A DNA stretch of 64,000 nucleotides from Candidatus Latescibacterota bacterium (GTDB lineage: Bacteria > Latescibacterota > UBA2968 > UBA8231): positions 4,000,001 to 4,064,000 of the forward strand of contig CBDFJF010000002.1 of assembly GCA_965248265.1 (NCBI GenBank). The letters run 5' to 3'. Position numbers and translations under genes: made by a program. Each line of letters starts with the position of its first letter. The first letter of the stretch is position 1. The notes under the pieces are model-generated. The model saw nothing but the letters and a program-made list of their open reading frames with translations. It was not told the DNA's origin and did no database searches. Positions 58,348 through 64,000 of the stretch are shown piece after piece.

Positions 58348-59700
58348 ATGAAGATCGCCTACTTCGATTGCTTTTCCGGTATCAGCGGCGACATGATCCT
58401 CGGATCGATCGTCGACGCCGGGCTTGATCCGACTCTGTTGGTGAGCGAGCTCGACAAGCTAGGTCTCGACGGTGTCAACGTTTCGTTCGAGGGTACCTTC
58501 AGGAAAGCAATCAAGGCCACGCAGGTACAGGTCACAACGACGGAGACCTCCCGCGAAAACGGACATACCCACCAACAGCTCATCCATCCTGAGCTCACGC
58601 AGGCTGCACATGCGCATGGCGATGACCACTTGGTTTTGCACGAACACACCAGCACCGCCGTTTCCCACCGCCGTCTCAAGGACATTTTAGCTATCCTGCA
58701 GAGCGGTTGCCTGCATCCCGACGACGCCGCGACGGCAACGGACATCTTCACCCGGCTTGCCCGGGCGGAGGCGCACGTCCACGGCCTTTCGGCGGAGCGG
58801 GATGTGGCTCTGCATGAGGTAGGTGCCGTGGACGCCATCATCGACATCGTCGGAGCGGTGGCGGGCCTGAGACTGTTGGGAGTCGATGAAGTGTGGTCCT
58901 CTCCTTTACGCTGCGGTACCGGCTTCGTCCGCTGCGCGCACGGCAGGTACCCGGTGCCCGTGCCCGGGGTTCTGGCGCTATGCGAGGGCGTCCCGCTGGT
59001 ACAGACTGGCGTCGAAGCGGAACTGATAACTCCGACGGGAGCCGCCATCATCACCACTCTCGCCAACCATTTTGGCACTCCGCCTTCTTTCCGGCAGACG
59101 GCGGTCGGGTACGGAGCAGGCAGTCGTGATCTGGACGAGCAGCCCAATCTACTCCGCCTGCGGTTGGGGGAGGTCAGCCGGGGCCAAGGTAACCGGTCCC
59201 CGATTCCCGACGACGCCGGCGAGAGCATGTGGATGGAGGCCTCCACGGACGACGAACAGAGGGACCGGGTGATCCAGTTGGAAGCCAACATCGACGACAT
59301 GAACCCGGAAGTGTACGGCTACGTCATCGACCTGTTGCTCGAAAAAGGAGCCCGCGACGTTTACCTGACTCCCGTGCACATGAAGAAGGGGCGTCCCGGG
59401 ACCCTGCTGACTGCGTTGGCCGAAGAAGGCAGTATGGAAGCAATCAGCGAAGCGATCCTTACGGAAACAACGACGTTGGGTGTGCGCTACAGCCTCAAGA
59501 CCAGACGTGTCCTGCCCCGCCGGATGATGACGGCCTCGACCCCCTATGGAGATGTCAGGGTTAAAGCCACCGCCACGGGTACCCACAGTCGCTTCGCACC
59601 CGAGTATGAGGACTGTGCAACCTTGGCGCGTCTGAAAGGTATTCCCATTCTCTCAGTGTACAAGGCAGCCCTGGCGGCCGTCGAAAAGGACGCAACCTAA
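58348..59700 (+). CDS. larC: Nickel pincer cofactor biosynthesis protein LarC
   Basis: YFDCFSGISGDM, His-rich insert, HEVGAVDAIIDIVG, CAHG..PVP.P, TPTGAA, NIDDM, MKKGRPG, PEYED. Confidence 0.95.
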   Translation: MKIAYFDCFSGISGDMILGSIVDAGLDPTLLVSELDKLGLDGVNVSFEGTFRKAIKATQVQVTTTETSRENGHTHQQLIHPELTQAAHAHGDDHLVLHEHTSTAVSHRRLKDILAILQSGCLHPDDAATATDIFTRLARAEAHVHGLSAERDVALHEVGAVDAIIDIVGAVAGLRLLGVDEVWSSPLRCGTGFVRCAHGRYPVPVPGVLALCEGVPLVQTGVEAELITPTGAAIITTLANHFGTPPSFRQTAVGYGAGSRDLDEQPNLLRLRLGEVSRGQGNRSPIPDDAGESMWMEASTDDEQRDRVIQLEANIDDMNPEVYGYVIDLLLEKGARDVYLTPVHMKKGRPGTLLTALAEEGSMEAISEAILTETTTLGVRYSLKTRRVLPRRMMTASTPYGDVRVKATATGTHSRFAPEYEDCATLARLKGIPILSVYKAALAAVEKDAT

Positions 59701-60485
59701 TGTTGATGACGATGGCACTGATCGTGGCGCTAAGCCATGCAGCGGTTAGCGCTGAGGACGCGGACGATCAGGGCGACGCAGCGCTTCCGTTTGGCGTCGG
59801 CGCTCTGGATGAGTTCGACAACGTGCAATTCCTGCCGGCGCTCAACGAAAAGGAAACCAGCACCCGCCTGGTACTGGGTGACGCCAATGGTTTCGTCCAC
59901 ATCTACGAAAAGCTCAAAGACATCTACGAGGAAGTCTGGATAAGCGAATTTCTGGAGAGTGCTGTTGCCGGTATCTTCATCGTCGACACGGATGCGGACG
60001 ATCTCGTGGAAATCCTCGTGTACACTGAGGAGGGACGCGTTCACCTGTTCGACCTGGGTGACTACCATACGATCTGGAGCAATCCTCCGAACGAGTACGA
60101 GAAAATTACGACCATGGCCGTCCACAACATCGACGATGACGAACAGGTCGAGCTGATCCTGTGTGCGGACAACCGGCTCGTCCTCTACGATGGCAAGGAC
60201 CGATTCGAGGAGTGGCGCAGTGACCAGAACAACCTGGCGTCGACGGACATCGTGATTGGAGACGCTGACGGCGACGGCTCCGACGAGATCATCCTCAATG
60301 ACGGCTTTGTGTTCGATTCCCGCTTCCTCGATTTGGAGTGGGAGTCGCCTGATTCGTTCGGCGAGCGCATCGGTCTCATGGATATCGACGGCGACGGCAT
60401 CGTCGAGGTCATCGGCGAATTCAACGGCCGTTTTGTGCGGATTTTCGACATAGACGAGCGCAGCATGAAAATCACGCAGAGATAG
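59700..60485 (+). CDS. Secreted FG-GAP/VCBS-like repeat protein
   Basis: Signal peptide, four DxDxDxxxE[IL] loops. Confidence 0.7.
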   Translation: MLMTMALIVALSHAAVSAEDADDQGDAALPFGVGALDEFDNVQFLPALNEKETSTRLVLGDANGFVHIYEKLKDIYEEVWISEFLESAVAGIFIVDTDADDLVEILVYTEEGRVHLFDLGDYHTIWSNPPNEYEKITTMAVHNIDDDEQVELILCADNRLVLYDGKDRFEEWRSDQNNLASTDIVIGDADGDGSDEIILNDGFVFDSRFLDLEWESPDSFGERIGLMDIDGDGIVEVIGEFNGRFVRIFDIDERSMKITQR

Positions 60486-60529
60486 ACTTCCCGGACACAA
60501 CTTCGGGCCAGAATAGGGAGTTGAGAATC

Positions 60530-61522
60530 ATGGCGCGACCGGTAACACTGTTCACGGGCCAATGGGCCGACTTCGATATAGAAACCATGTGCAAGAAGGC
60601 ACGGGCCTTCGGCTACGATGGCCTGGAGCTTGCCTGTTGGGGAGACCACTTCGAAGTCGATAAGGCCGATGACGATTATTGCGCCTCGAGACGCGAGCTG
60701 CTGGAGAGCCATGGATTGCAGCTGTTTTCGATTTCGGCGCATTTGGTCGGACAGGCTGTCTGTGACAACATCGACGAACGCCACCAGGCCATCCTGCCGC
60801 CCTATGTGTGGGGAGATGGGGATCCCGAAGGCGTGCGTCAGCGGGCAAGTGCCGAATTGGTCGAAACAGCCAAGGCTGCCAAACGACTCGGCGTTGAGGT
60901 CGTGAACGGCTTTACCGGCAGCTCCATATGGCACCTGATCTACTCCTTTCCGCCTACCCCGCCCACGATGATCACCCAGGGATTCGATGACTTTGGCAGG
61001 CGTTTTCGGCCAATTCTCGATGAGTTTCAGAAATTGGGCATCCGCTTCGCACTTGAGGTCCACCCGACCGAGATCGCCTTCGACATCGCTTCCGCTGAAA
61101 GGGCCGTCGAGGCAGTGAACGGACATCCCGCATTCGGCTTCAACTACGACCCGAGCCACCTGGGATACCAGGGCGTCGATTATGAAGAATTTATCTATCG
61201 CTTCGCCGATCGAATCTTTCACGTTCATATGAAGGATGTAGGCTGGTCACACACCCCCACCGAGGCCGGCGTCTTCGGTGGCCACCTCGATTTTGGCGAC
61301 CGACGGCGCTACTGGGATTTTCGCTCGCTCGGACGGGGAGACATTCAGTTCGAGGAGATTATCCGGGCATTGAACCGTATTCAATACGGTGGTCCGCTCT
61401 CTGTCGAGTGGGAGGACAGTGGCATGGATCGCGAGCATGGGGCTACCGAGGCCTGTGCCTTCGTGAATGCGGTGGACTTCCAACCAGCGGCCGCGGCCTT
61501 CGACTCTGCCTTCGCGGAATAG
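60530..61522 (+). CDS. Sugar phosphate isomerase/epimerase (AP endonuclease 2 TIM barrel; 3-keto-glycoside hydratase-like)
   Basis: [48 protein letters not shown]. Confidence 0.9.
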   Translation: MARPVTLFTGQWADFDIETMCKKARAFGYDGLELACWGDHFEVDKADDDYCASRRELLESHGLQLFSISAHLVGQAVCDNIDERHQAILPPYVWGDGDPEGVRQRASAELVETAKAAKRLGVEVVNGFTGSSIWHLIYSFPPTPPTMITQGFDDFGRRFRPILDEFQKLGIRFALEVHPTEIAFDIASAERAVEAVNGHPAFGFNYDPSHLGYQGVDYEEFIYRFADRIFHVHMKDVGWSHTPTEAGVFGGHLDFGDRRRYWDFRSLGRGDIQFEEIIRALNRIQYGGPLSVEWEDSGMDREHGATEACAFVNAVDFQPAAAAFDSAFAE

Positions 61523-61540
61523 GCAGCCTGGCAATTCGCC

Positions 61541-62224
61541 ATGCCTCCGCCCTCACCCGGCCAACGCAGTATCGCAGCAGCACTCCTCCTCATCGCGGCG
61601 CTTCTGTGTACTCGATCGTATGCCCAAGAAGATGAGATCCTGGGCCAGGAGCTGGAACCAGAAGAGGTCGAAGCGTTCTCTGCCGCACTCACCGCCGCAC
61701 TGGTGGGACCGCGCGAGCGAGCGTTCGGTCAAGTCCTTGCGGATGCCAGAATCGAGTGGGACCACACCCTACAGGGCGAGATCAGTTACGACCTTATCGT
61801 CCAATACGATCCCAGCCGCTATCGCGACGCACACGCTGGGCTGTATCCGATGACGTTTGAGAATCAATTCGTCCTGTGGGGAAAGCGCATCGCCCTGTTT
61901 ACGCGCAGCAATCGCTGGCGCGCAGGTCGATTCTACCTGCACGACATCTCATTGGGAAAGCAGGCATGGATGCATGCCAGCGAGACCCGCAATCTCTATC
62001 CCCCAGCCTCGATGAAGATCACCTATCCCGCCGTCGTGGACCCTGAAAATTCAACCGGCGTCCGCGCCTGGCTCAAACTCATCCACAAGGTCGAGTACGG
62101 TACCGATCTTCGACGCATGAGCCGTTGGTTCCGGCTGATGCGCTCGGAAACAAGAGACGACGTCCAACGCCGGGCCCTCGACGAACAACAGAATGCCGCG
62201 GCCATGGAGCCCCAGACACCATGA
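61541..62224 (+). CDS. Hypothetical exported protein
   Basis: Signal-peptide-like N-terminus; ATGA overlap with the next gene. Confidence 0.65.
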   Translation: MPPPSPGQRSIAAALLLIAALLCTRSYAQEDEILGQELEPEEVEAFSAALTAALVGPRERAFGQVLADARIEWDHTLQGEISYDLIVQYDPSRYRDAHAGLYPMTFENQFVLWGKRIALFTRSNRWRAGRFYLHDISLGKQAWMHASETRNLYPPASMKITYPAVVDPENSTGVRAWLKLIHKVEYGTDLRRMSRWFRLMRSETRDDVQRRALDEQQNAAAMEPQTP

Positions 62225-63789
62225 GGAAAAGCCGCTACGTACTACTACCCTGCGTCCTTGTCCTCATCCTCGGGGCTTGCACTGCCGAAACCGGAAACGT
62301 GTTCGTGTTCGGCCGCGGATCCGACTCCATCGGGCTCGACCCTGCGCTCGAGAATGACGGAGAGTCCTTCAAGGTCTGCGACAACATCTATGAAACCCTG
62401 GTCACCTACGCCTCGGAATCGACGGCTGTCGTGCCGCTGCTAGCCAGGAGCTGGTCCGTGAGCGAAAACCAGTTGACATGGACCTTTCGACTCCGCACCG
62501 GAGTGCATTTTCACGACGGAACGCCGTTCAACGCCGAGGCCGTATACGTCTCGCTCGCCCGTCAGTTCGACCCCGAGAACCCGTTCCACAAAGTCCAGGG
62601 AGCCTTCAAGTACTGGAAGGACATGGGCATGGATGACGTCGTCGCCCACATGCACGCGGCGGATGATTCCACCTTCGTCGTTCAATTGCAGGAGCCCAAC
62701 GCTACCTTTTTGTCCAACCTGGGGATGAACTTTTGCGCCATCGTCAGCCCCGCTGCTCTGCGCCAACATGGCCGTGATTATTTCAAGAACCCGGTGGGTA
62801 CCGGGCCGTTTCGCTTCGTCGAGTGGCGCAAGGATGAGCGCATCGTACTGGAGCGCTACGACGATTATTGGGGCGAAGCGACCCAACTCGACCGTTTGAT
62901 CTTCAAACCCATTCAAGATCCATCTGTGCGATTCCTGGAGCTGCGCACAGGCTCCATCCATGGCCTCGACAATCTGAGTCCGGAGTTCATCGAGGAGATT
63001 CGCGACGATCCCAACCTGCAGCTGCTCACCCAACCGGGGATGAACGTCGGTTACCTGGCCATGAACATGGAAAGGCCGCCATTCGACGACCCGCGGGTGC
63101 GACTCGCCCTCAATCATGCGATCAACAAGGAGTCTCTGGTCCACAATTTCTACGGGGATTTGGCGATGGCGGCCAAGAACCCGATGCCACCCACGGTCTG
63201 GGGGTATGATGAAGAGACCGAGGCGTACGCCTATGACCCGAAAAGAGCCCGCTGGCTGTTGTCAGAGGCCGGGTACGAGAACGGCTTCCAGACCGAATTA
63301 TGGACGATGCCGGTGCCCCGTCCGTACATGCCGCAACCGGACAAAATCGCGCAGGCGATTCAAGCCGACCTGAGTGTCGTCGGCATCCATGCCGAGATCG
63401 TTTCATGGGAGTGGGGCACCTATCTCGACAAGGTGTCCCAGGGTGAACATCCGATGTGCCTGCTGGGCTGGACCGGCGATAACGGCGACCCGGACAATTT
63501 TCTGTATGTCTTGCTGGATCAAAGTGCCGCCACCAAGCCTGCCCAGAATGTCGCCTTCTACCGTTCCGAAGCATTGCACCAGGTCCTGACGATGGCACGA
63601 CGCGTCACCGATCACGCCGGCCGCGTTGAGCTCTACCGCCAGGCTCAACAGATCATCCATACAGACGTGCCCTGGGTTCCGTTGGTACACGCCACTCAGA
63701 CCATCGCTTTCAGGAAGGAAGTTCGGGGATTCGAGCTGCACCCGACCGGGAGAAAGCGGTTCCGTACCGTCTCCATGAACTCCCCCTGA
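62221..63789 (+). CDS. dppA: ABC transporter peptide-binding lipoprotein (DppA-like, SBP family 5)
   Basis: Lipobox LGAC, LA.SW, FHDGTPFNA, PVGTGPF, RPYMP, GWTGDNGDPDNF. Confidence 0.92.
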   Translation: MRKSRYVLLPCVLVLILGACTAETGNVFVFGRGSDSIGLDPALENDGESFKVCDNIYETLVTYASESTAVVPLLARSWSVSENQLTWTFRLRTGVHFHDGTPFNAEAVYVSLARQFDPENPFHKVQGAFKYWKDMGMDDVVAHMHAADDSTFVVQLQEPNATFLSNLGMNFCAIVSPAALRQHGRDYFKNPVGTGPFRFVEWRKDERIVLERYDDYWGEATQLDRLIFKPIQDPSVRFLELRTGSIHGLDNLSPEFIEEIRDDPNLQLLTQPGMNVGYLAMNMERPPFDDPRVRLALNHAINKESLVHNFYGDLAMAAKNPMPPTVWGYDEETEAYAYDPKRARWLLSEAGYENGFQTELWTMPVPRPYMPQPDKIAQAIQADLSVVGIHAEIVSWEWGTYLDKVSQGEHPMCLLGWTGDNGDPDNFLYVLLDQSAATKPAQNVAFYRSEALHQVLTMARRVTDHAGRVELYRQAQQIIHTDVPWVPLVHATQTIAFRKEVRGFELHPTGRKRFRTVSMNSP

Positions 63790-63792
63790 CCG

Positions 63793-64000
63793 TTGTACCG
63801 TTTCATTCTAAGACGCCTCGCTCTGTTGGTCCCGACGCTAATCGGGATATCCGCCATCGTGTTCCTGATGGTCCACCTCGTACCAGGAGATCCGGCGCAG
63901 ATCATGCTGGGAGAGCGAGCCGATGCCGAGAGCGTCGCCGCCCTCCGTGCACAGTTGGGACTGGATCAACCACTGCACATCCAATTCCTCAGGTTCTTCG
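63793..64000 (+). CDS. dppB: ABC peptide transporter permease DppB-like (5' partial)
   Basis: TTG start: YRFILRRL..LVPTLIGISAIVFLM..LVPGDPA..MLGERA...LGLDQPL..Q. Confidence 0.9.
   Translation, partial: MYRFILRRLALLVPTLIGISAIVFLMVHLVPGDPAQIMLGERADAESVAALRAQLGLDQPLHIQFLRFF

Overview
GC-rich (~62%) bacterial chromosomal window, densely coding, with no integrase, transposase, CRISPR array or rRNA. Gene style suggests an uncultured FCB-like/Latescibacterota-type diderm (inference only). In order it holds: apgM(partial)-recJ; rsmB-PASTA-rpe-ffh-rpsP-rimM-trmD-rplS plus a response regulator, GNAT, YjbQ and an unannotated CxxU selenoprotein (SelW/Rdx) with a SECIS-like hairpin; a divergent PurF-like gene; a methylated-amine/nitrogen cluster (amtB-glnK-soxBDAG/mgdABCD-like-GlnT/GmaS-type GS) with no mgsABC in the window; polA, an MDR dehydrogenase, a TerB-like protein, metG, an M24 peptidase and a divergent uvrA; a TsdA-like diheme cytochrome c; an envelope-lipid locus (three cytidylyltransferase-family genes, a hidden 47-aa ORF, an LPG-synthase/flippase-like protein, TolC, an MlaC-DUF3047 fusion, MlaC and an MMPL/RND, with no membrane-fusion protein); tRNA-Gly(GCC); a TPR/FG-GAP/ASPIC lipoprotein; two paralogous TM-coiled-coil proteins flanking PBP1A; a MotE-like protein; ytfI/ytfJ-like pair; rlmN; an M23 peptidase; larC; a sugar isomerase/hydratase; and dppA-dppB(partial). 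The best novelty candidates are the adaptor-less MMPL-MlaC-TolC lipid modification/export locus, the GmaS/Mgd cluster next to a divergent PurF-like amidotransferase, the selenoprotein, and the TM-coiled-coil paralog pair.
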